Virus record (IMG/VR): IMGVR_UViG_3300045594_000145
Location: 1-64,000 of that record
Direction: 5' to 3' (one strand)
Length of the DNA: 64,000 bases
Origin: a virus
Taxonomy: Duplodnaviria > Caudoviricetes
Every line of letters starts with the position of its first letter. Position 1 is the first letter of the stretch. The position numbers and the translations under genes are program-made. This document shows positions 35,412 through 44,097 of this stretch, in pieces. The notes beneath the pieces were generated by a model that saw nothing but the letters and a program-made list of their open reading frames with translations, did no database searches and was not told where the DNA came from.

Positions 35412-35855
35412 ATGGTAGTGGAGGATTTTATGAGCAGAAAAAGATTAAATAATGGAAGACTATTACATACATATTCAGAAGTAATGGATGATTTTGGTTA
35501 CTTCTTAGATATCGGTGGCGCAATGGAAATTGGCGTAGGATGGATGAATTGCGTTTATGACTGTTGTGCTAAAATAGATGCTCTTGATCCTCAAAATTTT
35601 ACTATAACAATTATTACCGAACATGATGGCCTTCTCCATATAGGGTATAGTTATACTTACACTGGCACCGAAGAGGATATAGATTTTATCACTAAGGTTG
35701 ATAAAGCTATTAAAGAGGCAGAAGAAGAATCTTCTATAACTTGTGAATCTTGCGGGAACGCTGGTATTTTAAGAGATAAAGACTGGAAGAGAGTAACGTG
35801 TATAGATTGCGAACAATATTTATATGATATTGATGCAACTGACGATAATAAATAA
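35412..35855 (+). CDS. Hypothetical Zn-ribbon protein
   Basis: CESCG...CIDC; own promoter and terminator (35854-35882). Confidence 0.65.
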   Translation: MVVEDFMSRKRLNNGRLLHTYSEVMDDFGYFLDIGGAMEIGVGWMNCVYDCCAKIDALDPQNFTITIITEHDGLLHIGYSYTYTGTEEDIDFITKVDKAIKEAEEESSITCESCGNAGILRDKDWKRVTCIDCEQYLYDIDATDDNK

Positions 35856-35975
35856 AAAATCGCAGGAAAATGCGATTTTTTTGTGATCTTTTAAATTCCA
35901 TTTTCAGAAAAAACAGGATTCCACTTTTTGAAATCGAGCGGCTGTAAACGACTGGAGCAAATTTCACCCCAATCG

Positions 35976-37412
35976 TTAATTATAATTATCTTCTAAAATT
36001 CCAACCGCGTCTCCTTCTCGTTCTGACTCTTCTAATTCGTCATAACACTCCGGGCAAATTAAATCTCCATTTTCTCTCTCAATTAAAGAATCTCTATGAT
36101 ATCTTTCCCCACAAGAACCACATTCGTAAATATCTAAGCAAGTATCACACCAGAAGCCATTATCATCATAATATTCGTTACTATAACTAATTCGATCACC
36201 ACAGCCAAAACAGTACGCGCAATCCCTAGGGTTATATGAATAACTCTTACTATTACCCTCTTTAAAATTCTCTGTTGTTGCCATTAATTTGCATGGCCCA
36301 TCGTCATAGGCAACTCTTAAGTTGAAATAAGCTTGGATATCTTTTTTAGATACGTCTTTGCTATATTTATTATTAGTTAATTCATTTACGAATTTAACGA
36401 TTTCCTCTGAGAAAGCTAAATTTTGGATAGGATAGTTTTTATCAATAGTTATGGCACTTTCATCTGCAAATACCCATGCCCTAATTATTTTATTACTTAC
36501 AAGATTATCTTCCTTGTCTCCATCTGCGTCTATTAATCTATATGGCTTATCCGTTTTTAAATAAGCTAAAAAGACGTTGTGTGCAGTAAGCATTGATAAT
36601 GAATGAACATAATTACATCCAGTTGGCATCATAGAAAAGCAACTATTCCATCCCAAAGAGTTATCAGAACAAGTAATAAATTCAAATGGATCAATGCTTA
36701 TACATAAAGTACCCTTTAGTGTACTAGATCCTTCTAGTTGCGCTCCATACCCTCCAATTTGATCAATATATCCTCTGCATTGCTTTGCAGTCTTAGGGGT
36801 TATATAATTGATATTTTCTAATAAATCAATAATTTGATTAACTACTTTCGCGCATCGAGAATGCTTTTGAATAGTTATGCTCTTATGCTCCCCAGATTTG
36901 GAGACATAATTTATCTTTTCTGCCTTTGGTGTATTTAATAAAGATTCACCTAAATCACAAAAAGATGACTGAAGCCAGTCTTCTTTTACACACCACAAAG
37001 TTATTAAAACCATATCTAAATTATTATCTTTTACTTCTAACGCATCTTTTAAAATTTTACATATTTTTATAATATTGTCTGTATAACTCTTATATATATT
37101 AATCATTCTATCATCTTTTAATTCATAATTATATCCCATCTTTAAGATGTCTTCTTTTGTTATTTGTAAGTTTATTTCTTTTTCATAAGTGAATTTATCC
37201 TTAAAGATCTCTGGGATTAAAAAATCACTTTTTGCTTCTGCATAATCATCAAGATATTCTCTTGGAAAACCGTCTCCAGATCTTTCTAGATGGTTTTCAC
37301 TCTGAACAAATTTTAAATATCTGTTCATACGGTCATAAAACAAAGATTGAGCATCATCGGTTGAAAGATGATGCTCTTTAATTATTGGATTACAATTATT
37401 TATCTCGCTCAT
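35976..37412 (-). CDS. Hypothetical protein with C-terminal multi-Zn ribbon
   Basis: ISIDPFEFITCSDN..WNSC; four CxxC pairs. Confidence 0.7.
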   Translation of the reverse strand: MSEINNCNPIIKEHHLSTDDAQSLFYDRMNRYLKFVQSENHLERSGDGFPREYLDDYAEAKSDFLIPEIFKDKFTYEKEINLQITKEDILKMGYNYELKDDRMINIYKSYTDNIIKICKILKDALEVKDNNLDMVLITLWCVKEDWLQSSFCDLGESLLNTPKAEKINYVSKSGEHKSITIQKHSRCAKVVNQIIDLLENINYITPKTAKQCRGYIDQIGGYGAQLEGSSTLKGTLCISIDPFEFITCSDNSLGWNSCFSMMPTGCNYVHSLSMLTAHNVFLAYLKTDKPYRLIDADGDKEDNLVSNKIIRAWVFADESAITIDKNYPIQNLAFSEEIVKFVNELTNNKYSKDVSKKDIQAYFNLRVAYDDGPCKLMATTENFKEGNSKSYSYNPRDCAYCFGCGDRISYSNEYYDDNGFWCDTCLDIYECGSCGERYHRDSLIERENGDLICPECYDELEESEREGDAVGILEDNYN

Positions 37413-37849
37413 TATTCTCCCTCATATTCTAATTTAAAATCTTTAAGATTATATTTAGCTTCAATTTTTTGCCAAGAACCACCATAACAAGTTTTAGTGC
37501 TACCACTTAAATTTCTCTTTATCGTGGCTTTTATATTTGACTCATTTTTATCTGGATATAGTTCTTTAAGAACTTTTACTGCTTCGTCGATATCCTTTGC
37601 GGCTATCTTAGTTGTTCCCTTTTTATAGATATATCCAATTTGTACGATAATTTCAGGATTTTTTTGAATATTGCCTAAATAATCAATATGTACTCCTTTT
37701 AAACGACAAAGTTCCATACTTTTGTCAAATTTATCTGCAACTTCATTTCCAGTCATCTTGCAAATCTTTGCCATGTATCCCACGGAAGCCGCAGAGGAAA
37801 TAAGCTTTACGGTTTTGTTGTCATAGTTGATCACACCCAAAAATTTCAT
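37412..37849 (-). CDS. Hypothetical protein
   Basis: Coupled ORF. Confidence 0.55.
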   Translation of the reverse strand: MKFLGVINYDNKTVKLISSAASVGYMAKICKMTGNEVADKFDKSMELCRLKGVHIDYLGNIQKNPEIIVQIGYIYKKGTTKIAAKDIDEAVKVLKELYPDKNESNIKATIKRNLSGSTKTCYGGSWQKIEAKYNLKDFKLEYEGE

Positions 37850-38096
37850 AATATTTATTCACTATCCTTTCTAATTCCTGCTCTTTGTCCAAGATTTCTT
37901 TTTGAAAATCTGTGCCATTACTGAATACTTCTGGATTAGTTAATTCTTCTTTTAAAACCTTATATGTAAGGAGTTTCATTGCATATCGAGATAATTCTTC
38001 TATTTTCTGTTCTCCATTCTCAATAATATACATTTGATTATGAGCAATGGGGAAATTATGATTACACCAATTGTCTCTAAATTCTTTTGCGTTCAT
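37821..38096 (-). CDS. Hypothetical protein
   Basis: ATG 38096 after AAGGAG. Confidence 0.55.
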   Translation of the reverse strand: MNAKEFRDNWCNHNFPIAHNQMYIIENGEQKIEELSRYAMKLLTYKVLKEELTNPEVFSNGTDFQKEILDKEQELERIVNKYYEIFGCDQL

Positions 38097-38189
38097 ATCT
38101 ATAATCTCCTTATCTATTATTATTATATCATAGAAATTAAAAATCGTCAATAAAAAAGGGCAGTGCGGTTTCACGCTGTCCTCTTTATA

Positions 38190-38489
38190 TTATCTAAAAT
38201 GATTTGTCGTTACAATCCTACCAATATCTTTATTATAGCAACTTTCACAGAGAGTTCTTCCATCAAAATCACTATGTTTTACGTGACCAGGCTCTATTAA
38301 TCTTTTACAGTCCTTACAAGTGCATTGTGTATTTGTATCGGTCGGCGGGACATAATAATTTCCAGAACTTGGTGAAGCGGGTGAAGAGAAGTAGCTCCAC
38401 AATAAAACTACTCCAAAAAATAATAATAAAAGCCAAACAAGCGGGTTCTTAAAAATTTCTATAAGTATCATACCTAAGAACGTAACCAT
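38190..38489 (-). CDS. Small membrane protein with Zn finger
   Basis: N-terminal hydrophobic helix, CKDC...CESC. Confidence 0.6.
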   Translation of the reverse strand: MVTFLGMILIEIFKNPLVWLLLLFFGVVLLWSYFSSPASPSSGNYYVPPTDTNTQCTCKDCKRLIEPGHVKHSDFDGRTLCESCYNKDIGRIVTTNHFR

Positions 38490-38541
38490 ATTTAAATTCT
38501 CCTTCTTTATAATTATATTATATCACAAAAATTAAAAAATG

Positions 38542-38823
38542 TCAAAAAACATGTATCTCAAAATCTTCTAGTATATTAGTAAGTTCTATGGCTTCTTTAT
38601 TATCAGAAGTCAAGATCCTATATATGTGAGATATCGCCGTTTCATTTTCTCTTTTACTTATGATCTTCAAGATTTCTCTATATTCTTCTGGAATTTGCAC
38701 AAGAGTTATCTCTTTATTGTCAAGTTTTTCTAAATATTCTAAAATATTTATTGTTCGATCATAACTTCCATATAATTGTTTGCTCATAGCCACTGCGATT
38801 GACTCTTTATCTTCTATTTCCAT
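38542..38823 (-). CDS. Hypothetical protein
   Basis: ORF with GAGGAG RBS. Confidence 0.55.
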   Translation of the reverse strand: MEIEDKESIAVAMSKQLYGSYDRTINILEYLEKLDNKEITLVQIPEEYREILKIISKRENETAISHIYRILTSDNKEAIELTNILEDFEIHVF

Positions 38824-38844
38824 ATAATCTCCTCTCTAGGATAA

Positions 38845-38878
38845 AAAAATAACTGCAAGACTCTATCATGCAGTTATT
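38845..38878 (-). terminator. Terminator of the large noncoding transcript
   Basis: AATAACTGCA...TGCAGTTATT hairpin plus U-tract. Confidence 0.7.
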
Positions 38879-38964
38879 AATACATAGGTTATAGCCTGTA
38901 TTCAGAATTGCACTGAATGTTATCTACTAAGACAGACAGTTTAGCAGGATTATCGCACCTGCTA

Positions 38965-39560
38965 GGCGACTTAGGCTGAGAAAATTGACCTTCATTTACT
39001 TACATCCTTGCTCGGTTGGCCGCGCAATTTCACACAACTGTTTTACAATTGTAGTAAGTATCGACACTGGTTTTGTGAAAACCAGCAAACTCTTACTATA
39101 TCCTCAGATAACTTTCCTTTCCTAACAGCTCCCCTTGGAAGGGTTCGATAGCTCCCGCCACCTAAGTTAAATTAGTAATTGTACTTGTTTGCCCTATACC
39201 TTGCGAGCTAGTAGCATCTGTATGTTACAACAGAATAAGTCGATATGTCAGAATATAGTCGAGCACGCTTTTGCTTTTGTTAGAAAACTTTTCAATATCC
39301 AATTGATTTTTCATATTTTCATAAAAGTTTCGCGTAATAACGATTTATTAGTCGATGTGGTGCTCGTTCGGTATCCCACTCTTTTGGAGTGGATCCAACC
39401 AACACCGCCTTCCTTTCGCGTCACCTACTCAGTTTATTTGCTGTTTACAAGTGATGTTTCAATCGACTCGTTGCAAATAATGAAGCCCGCACTTAAGTTT
39501 GACGAACTTTGCACGAACAACCTCTATCCGTAATCGTATATTTCTATACTTATTTACCGG
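38965..39560 (-). ncRNA. Large structured ncRNA, ROOL-like (boundaries approximate)
   Basis: No sense ORF between promoter 39872-39900 and terminator 38845; many hairpins; GAGTAGG, CTCCAAAAGAG, GCAAAAG, GCTCGCAAG and 3' GAAGG..TCTCAGCCT segments resemble ROOL as I recall it; not verified with a covariance model. Confidence 0.55.
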
Positions 39561-39730
39561 CTACGAACCGATAACTGCTCTAATAACTATAAAATCTGCA
39601 CGAAGTTATAGCTAGCACTACGCATAATATAGAGTCTTTCTGTGGAAGCATTACACTCGCAAAGCACGTTGAACTTTGCTTTGGCCCCATTACTGGGGTT
39701 ATCCTTGGCTACGGCTACGAAGACTAGCCG

Positions 39731-39803
39731 CTGAGAATTTAGCTTATTGACCGAAGTCATAATTTCTAGGCAATACCACGTAGAGGTATCTCAATCATTG
39801 CCC
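39731..39803 (-). ncRNA. HDV-like ribozyme A
   Basis: P1 GGGCAAU/AUUGCCU (G.U), P2 UGAGA/UCUCA, P3 ACC/GGU, L3 UCUACGU, P1.1 CU/AG, P4 UUCG hairpin, J4/2 GCUAA. Confidence 0.8.
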
Positions 39804-39896
39804 GACTGGCTTGCGCCAGCTTCTTTTGTCGTTTCTATTAATAAATTAAGTTTTCCTTAACTTATATAATAATTATATCATATTTTTTAAAATGAG

Positions 39897-40526
39897 TCAA
39901 GAAATTTTTGAAAGAATTAATTCACTTTCCGGAAGTGTTTCTACCCACTCGCAAAAAATTCTCCACTCTGGTAAACGATGGTTTTTTCTTTGAGAATAAA
40001 TAGTCTTTAATTCTCTATAGTTAGTAACTATGCGCGCAGTCAAACGGAAACCCGCAGGATTAGAATATAGAATCTCTAAATATTTCTCATTTAACTCTCT
40101 TCCATAAAGTTCTTTTTGTTCTTTTGTTTCAGCTAAATCTGATTTTTGAAGAAGATCTTCATATTTAGCAATTTTGTCTCTCATAATTTCTATGATGCGC
40201 GGATCAACTTCTTTCATATAACTTGTATCAAGATCAAAAGAAGTAATTCTGTGCATTGTAGACTGAGAGGAAACAAAATTTGCAAAACGGTATCTTTCAA
40301 ATTCTACCCACGCCTTATTGGAAAAGCAAAGATCGAACATTACGGTTATTCCAGTTAAAAATTGGTCTTCACCGCATCCTTTAGGAGAATTTGCAAGAGC
40401 TTTAACCGTCTTAGTAATCTCTGGGGTTGCTTTTGAAAGGTCTGTTAAGTAAGAAAATTTAGAGCCTTGAATAGATTCTTCTAATCCGTAAACATGGACA
40501 TTTGAAATTATATCATCAATTTCCAT
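39897..40526 (-). CDS. ThyX-like (flavin-dependent thymidylate synthase-like) protein
   Basis: EFERYR..SSQSTMH, TNYREL..QRKNHRLPEW. Confidence 0.6.
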   Translation of the reverse strand: MEIDDIISNVHVYGLEESIQGSKFSYLTDLSKATPEITKTVKALANSPKGCGEDQFLTGITVMFDLCFSNKAWVEFERYRFANFVSSQSTMHRITSFDLDTSYMKEVDPRIIEIMRDKIAKYEDLLQKSDLAETKEQKELYGRELNEKYLEILYSNPAGFRLTARIVTNYRELKTIYSQRKNHRLPEWRIFCEWVETLPESELILSKIS

Positions 40527-40527
40527 A

Positions 40528-40968
40528 TTACTTCTTTGCCCCCCGAGACTTCAGTCCAAGGCTTCCAAGAGGATATCTACACCATGGTATAAGATTTTGA
40601 TACATTCCTTCTGTGCCATAGAAAACAGCGATTGGTCTATTGGTATCACTTTTAATTTCCAACATTTCGCCGGTCACGTTCAAATAAACTCTTTCAATGA
40701 AGGCTGGCGCAGGGGTTAAATGGTCACATTGGAACTGTAAGAAATCTTTCTCTTGCTTATTTAGTAAAGAATATTCTTCACATTCAGATTCTGCCCATCT
40801 TTTCTGAACATCCCTACAAGACTCACTTACGCCAGGTTCGGGGTAAAAAGAACAATCACTACAGTTACAAGTGTTGCAGTCAACTAGTTTTCCATCTTTT
40901 AGTGCGATTATTTTATTTTCGAGGGCAAATTGAGCTAAAGTTTCAAGATTTTTTTCTTTGTTGTTCAT
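40528..40968 (-). CDS. Hypothetical protein
   Basis: Cys-rich N-terminus. Confidence 0.55.
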   Translation of the reverse strand: MNNKEKNLETLAQFALENKIIALKDGKLVDCNTCNCSDCSFYPEPGVSESCRDVQKRWAESECEEYSLLNKQEKDFLQFQCDHLTPAPAFIERVYLNVTGEMLEIKSDTNRPIAVFYGTEGMYQNLIPWCRYPLGSLGLKSRGAKK

Positions 40969-40998
40969 AATAATAATTACCTTTCTATGGGTTAATTA

Positions 40999-41071
40999 GT
41001 GCGTCCAGAAGGGGACGATCCTTCGACTGGCCCTTATCAGGAGCCTGTTTTTACCGTTGAACTATACGAAT
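40999..41071 (-). tRNA. Degenerate tRNA-Ile(GAT)
   Basis: GGCTC CTGATAA GGGCC anticodon arm; acceptor stem mispaired. Confidence 0.45.
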
Positions 41072-41117
41072 ATAAGAATCTTTAATAAGAATAACATATT
41101 TTTTAAAAATTGTCAAG

Positions 41118-41190
41118 TGGACACTTTTGGAGTCGAACCAAATTCCAAGGCTCTTCAAACCTCTGCTATAACCGTATCAGCTAAGTGTCC
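41118..41190 (-). tRNA. tRNA-Phe(GAA)
   Basis: Full cloverleaf, loop TTGAAGA. Confidence 0.85.
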
Positions 41191-41195
41191 ATAAA

Positions 41196-41256
41196 TTTTG
41201 GTATCATGGCTCGAACATGAGATTGCCGACCGTTTTACCTACTAAACTATACCAAA
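41196..41256 (-). ncRNA. tRNA-like RNA lacking an anticodon arm (#1)
   Basis: Acceptor TTTGGTA/TACCAAA, D arm GTTT/AAAC, 11-nt linker, T arm TCATG TTCGAGC CATGA. Confidence 0.65.
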
Positions 41257-41307
41257 ATATGCTATTTTTATTTTTAAATACAGAATACTGCTATTGAATG
41301 GGAAGAA

Positions 41308-41691
41308 TTAGTCTTTTTCATGCGCCTTGTTATACTCATCTTCAATCTTAACCAGAACCGCTCCAAGACATTGTGGATATAAATATACACGAATGGCAAC
41401 ATCGCAATATTCTGCCCCTTTTTTGATGAGGACACTTCCATCCATTTCAAATTCCTTCAATACATCAAATAACAAATCTAGATTATGGCATAGATATTCT
41501 TCTGCTTGATATGTGTTGAAAGTATAAGAACCAGAACTATTGCCTGTGATACTATCTTCATTTATTACTTCATCGTTTAAATATTCTTCAAGGTCATTAA
41601 AAGTATCATAATCCTCAAAATCAATATTATCTTTTACATACTCTAAGATATCATTCTTTACTGCCTGTTCATAATCATAAGTTTCTGACAT
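41308..41691 (-). CDS. Acidic hypothetical protein (family with 52594 and 54502)
   Basis: DSITGNSSGSY..AEEYLCHNLDLL..DVAIR. Confidence 0.65.
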   Translation of the reverse strand: MSETYDYEQAVKNDILEYVKDNIDFEDYDTFNDLEEYLNDEVINEDSITGNSSGSYTFNTYQAEEYLCHNLDLLFDVLKEFEMDGSVLIKKGAEYCDVAIRVYLYPQCLGAVLVKIEDEYNKAHEKD

Positions 41692-41752
41692 AAGACTCTC
41701 CTGTCTATCATAAACCATAAACTTTGTCAAACTATTTCATACGATATTTTAG

Positions 41753-41824
41753 TATCCCCACAGAGATTCGAACTCTGATTGTAGGTTTAGAAGACCTATG
41801 CACTCTCCTTTGTCCTGTGAGGAT
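41753..41824 (-). tRNA. tRNA-Arg(TCT)
   Basis: TAGGT CTTCTAA ACCTA. Confidence 0.8.
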
Positions 41825-41828
41825 ATAA

Positions 41829-41901
41829 GGGTGTCATTCAAGAATCGAACTTGAATAAGATGTTTCACAGACATCCACGCTACCTTTGCGCCAATGACAC
41901 C
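41829..41901 (-). tRNA. tRNA-His(GTG)
   Basis: GATGT CTGTGAA ACATC; encoded G-1. Confidence 0.85.
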
Positions 41902-41904
41902 AGA

Positions 41905-41978
41905 TGGAGGACGGAGTGAGAGTCGGACTCACGATCTAGGGGTTGCGGCCCTATGCCTTACCGCTTGGCTAACCGTTC
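41905..41978 (-). tRNA. tRNA-Cys(GCA)
   Basis: TAGGG CCGCAAC CCCTA; CCA encoded. Confidence 0.8.
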
Positions 41979-42014
41979 TAGTTTTGAATTAACTACTTTC
42001 TTAAGAAAGTATAG

Positions 42015-42085
42015 TATACGCACTAAGAATTGAACTTGGATTTAGCGCTTATCAGGCGCTCGTTCTACCATTGAACTATGCGTAT
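42015..42085 (-). tRNA. tRNA-Ile(GAT)
   Basis: AGCGC CTGATAA GCGCT. Confidence 0.8.
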
Positions 42086-42091
42086 ATATAA

Positions 42092-42164
42092 TGTTCTGAT
42101 TGGGACTTGAACCCAAAATCTTATTCTTGAGAGGAATACGATTTAACCATTCGTCTACCGCAGC
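42092..42164 (-). tRNA. tRNA-Glu(CTC), degenerate acceptor
   Basis: TATTC CTCTCAA GAATA; good T arm. Confidence 0.55.
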
Positions 42165-42170
42165 AAATAG

Positions 42171-42259
42171 CGCAAACTGCTAGCTTCGATCTCGCGCTAC
42201 GAATAATCGTAGGACGGTTTAGCGAACCGTTGGTTTCAACCAGACTCACCCAAGTTTGC
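42171..42259 (-). tRNA. tRNA-Ser(GCT)
   Basis: ACGGT TCGCTAA ACCGT, long variable arm. Confidence 0.8.
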
Positions 42260-42263
42260 ATAG

Positions 42264-42345
42264 TCGGTTGCGGGAGACTTGAACTCCCACGTCTTTCAAC
42301 ATTAGCTTCTAAGGCTAACGCGTCTGCCAGTTCCGCCAGCAACCG
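42264..42345 (-). tRNA. tRNA-Leu(TAG)
   Basis: TTAGC CTTAGAA GCTAA. Confidence 0.85.
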
Positions 42346-42351
42346 ATAACT

Positions 42352-42423
42352 TGTGGAGTAATGAGATCGAACCGATATTATCTGTTTGGTAAACAGACTT
42401 ACTAGCCGTTGTAAGACCTCCAC
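42352..42423 (-). tRNA. tRNA-like gene with ACC anticodon (Gly-type), weak T stem
   Basis: TCTGT TTACCAA ACAGA; acceptor GTGGAG/CTCCAC. Confidence 0.5.
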
Positions 42424-42436
42424 AATTTTGAAGCAG

Positions 42437-42507
42437 TCTCCGCAGAATGAATCGAACATTCGTCTCTCGGTCCCAGGCCGAGTGGTCTACCATTAACCTA
42501 CACAGAG
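42437..42507 (-). tRNA. tRNA-Pro(TGG)
   Basis: CTCGG CCTGGGA CCGAG. Confidence 0.8.
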
Positions 42508-42511
42508 ATAG

Positions 42512-42585
42512 TGGAAGATAAAGAGATCGAATCTTTAGTCTATCGGTTATGGGCCGAGTGCTTTATCCTATTAAGCTAATCTTCC
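42512..42585 (-). tRNA. tRNA-Met/Ile2(CAT)
   Basis: TCGG CCCATAA CCGA. Confidence 0.75.
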
Positions 42586-42621
42586 AATAATTGCATATTT
42601 TATAGCGTTATGCTACGCTAA

Positions 42622-42694
42622 GGCCAAGTAGTGGAATTGAACCACTAACCTCCTACTTACGAAGTAGTTGCTCTACCGATTGAGCTAAATTGGC
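42622..42694 (-). tRNA. tRNA-Thr(CGT)
   Basis: CTAC TTCGTAA GTAG. Confidence 0.8.
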
Positions 42695-42705
42695 AATTTG
42701 ATAAG

Positions 42706-42785
42706 TCCTTGAAGTGAGGTTCGAACTCACACGCTCTCGCAGTGGATTTTAAGTCCACTTTGTCTGCCAGTTGCAACATCCAAGG
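42706..42785 (-). tRNA. tRNA-Leu(TAA)
   Basis: GTGGA CTTAAAA TCCAC. Confidence 0.85.
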
Positions 42786-42790
42786 AGTAG

Positions 42791-42864
42791 TGCGCGACGT
42801 AGAACTCGAATCTACAATAACCTATTTTTGAGACAGGCTCCTCTGCCAGTTGGGACAGCCGCGC
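42791..42864 (-). tRNA. tRNA-Leu(CAA), short variable loop
   Basis: CCTGT CTCAAAA ATAGG. Confidence 0.75.
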
Positions 42865-43023
42865 AAGATTTTAAATTTATTTAATTCTTTCTTTGTTTAT
42901 GTATATATTATATCATTATATTAGGAGATTGTCAAGCTTTCTCTTTTAAAAATGAGGACAAAAGACGGAAGAATTACCTACGTCTTTCTGGTATCGTTCC
43001 TACACTTGGCAGGACAATGAAAT

Positions 43024-43079
43024 TAGAGGCAGCCAGACTCGAACTGACATATTGACTCTTACCCTTGAGCTATACCTCT
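43024..43079 (-). ncRNA. tRNA-like RNA lacking an anticodon arm (#2)
   Basis: Acceptor AGAGGTA/TGCCTCT, D arm GCTC/GAGT, 6-nt linker CAATAT, T arm GTCAG TTCGAGT CTGGC. Confidence 0.7.
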
Positions 43080-43186
43080 TCTGTTTGATCGTGCACAATC
43101 CTCCACAGATGGAGTGCCGCTTAGTAAATAAAAGAACAAGCAGGCTTATTCAGTCAGATGGCACTGCCATCTATTACATGCGGCAA

Positions 43187-43306
43187 TTTGTTCGGTAAGG
43201 ATTTGCACCTTACAAGCATAGTCATTGCTTTTTCAACTTTAATTAGAGTGATAGCTCTATGCGGTGCTCACTGGACACCCGTGTTTACCTATTCCGCCAC
43301 GAACAA
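43187..43306 (-). ncRNA. Expanded tRNA-like RNA (120 nt)
   Basis: Acceptor TTGTTCG/CGAACAA, GGAATAGGTA D-loop, GGTG/CACC arm with 9-nt loop, long GCATAG/CTATGC arm, GTAAGG TGCAAAT CCTTAC T-like arm. Confidence 0.6.
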
Positions 43307-43311
43307 TTTAA

Positions 43312-43530
43312 TTACTTACTCAATTTAATATCTTCAATCTGGGCACGAGTTTCAAGCACATATAAATACTGCCCCATGATTGATGCCTGCTTTCTCAATA
43401 AATCAATTGGGCATGTAGGTGTAAACTCTAACTTTCCCGCATCATATTTAACAAGCATCTTATGTAATTTCTGGTACTTATCATCTAAATCTTTATATTC
43501 CTTCACAAATCTAACTTTGTAATCTTCCAT
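43312..43530 (-). CDS. Small conserved phage protein (crAss001_48-like)
   Basis: DYKVRFVKEY..LLRKQASIMGQYLYVLETR. Confidence 0.65.
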   Translation of the reverse strand: MEDYKVRFVKEYKDLDDKYQKLHKMLVKYDAGKLEFTPTCPIDLLRKQASIMGQYLYVLETRAQIEDIKLSK

Positions 43531-43544
43531 GTTATTCTCCTTTC

Positions 43545-43925
43545 TTATAGTCCTAATTCCTTTGGTGTATAATCACATTCTCTTTTCATGCCAATGAACT
43601 TAGTCCCTCTATCAAAAGGAAATAGAAGAATATTTTCTCCGCCTTCTGTTTCAATATCAATGTTCTCACGATTGGCGTTATATAGTTTGCAAATTGAAAT
43701 TATTTTTCTATCTGCTTGACTGATTACGGTTTTTAGATAATCATGTTCTTCCTGCGTTAAGATTGGTTCTGGCTTAATAGGCTCCCATGCATTAGGCGAT
43801 ATTTCTGTTAATTTACAGATACCATTATTTCTGCCAATCAAGCAATTATCACATCTATCTTGTTTTTCACAACAATTCCGTATTGTTTCGATAGCTTCAT
43901 TCAATTTTTTGATTTCATTTTCCAT
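43545..43925 (-). CDS. Hypothetical protein
   Basis: Cys-rich N-terminus, ends YTPKELGL; resembles 40528 ORF. Confidence 0.55.
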   Translation of the reverse strand: MENEIKKLNEAIETIRNCCEKQDRCDNCLIGRNNGICKLTEISPNAWEPIKPEPILTQEEHDYLKTVISQADRKIISICKLYNANRENIDIETEGGENILLFPFDRGTKFIGMKRECDYTPKELGL

Positions 43926-44097
43926 ATTATTTTCCTCTTTCAATATTATCTTATCATTTTTAAATTAATTGTCTATAATTTGTAACCATTTTCGCAGTTA
44001 GCCTAAAGCCCGTTTTGCTAGATACCGATGGCCGAAGCCATAGAGTCCTACCATCAAACGATGACCTAATATTAAGTGGAGGTGTGGGGCAATGCTC

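Noticed and set aside
39189-39533. Plus-strand 114-aa ORF
   Set aside because: No RBS, antisense to a promoter- and terminator-bounded structured RNA
42121-42493. ORFs across the tRNA cluster (also 45145-45357)
   Set aside because: They overlap clear tRNA genes
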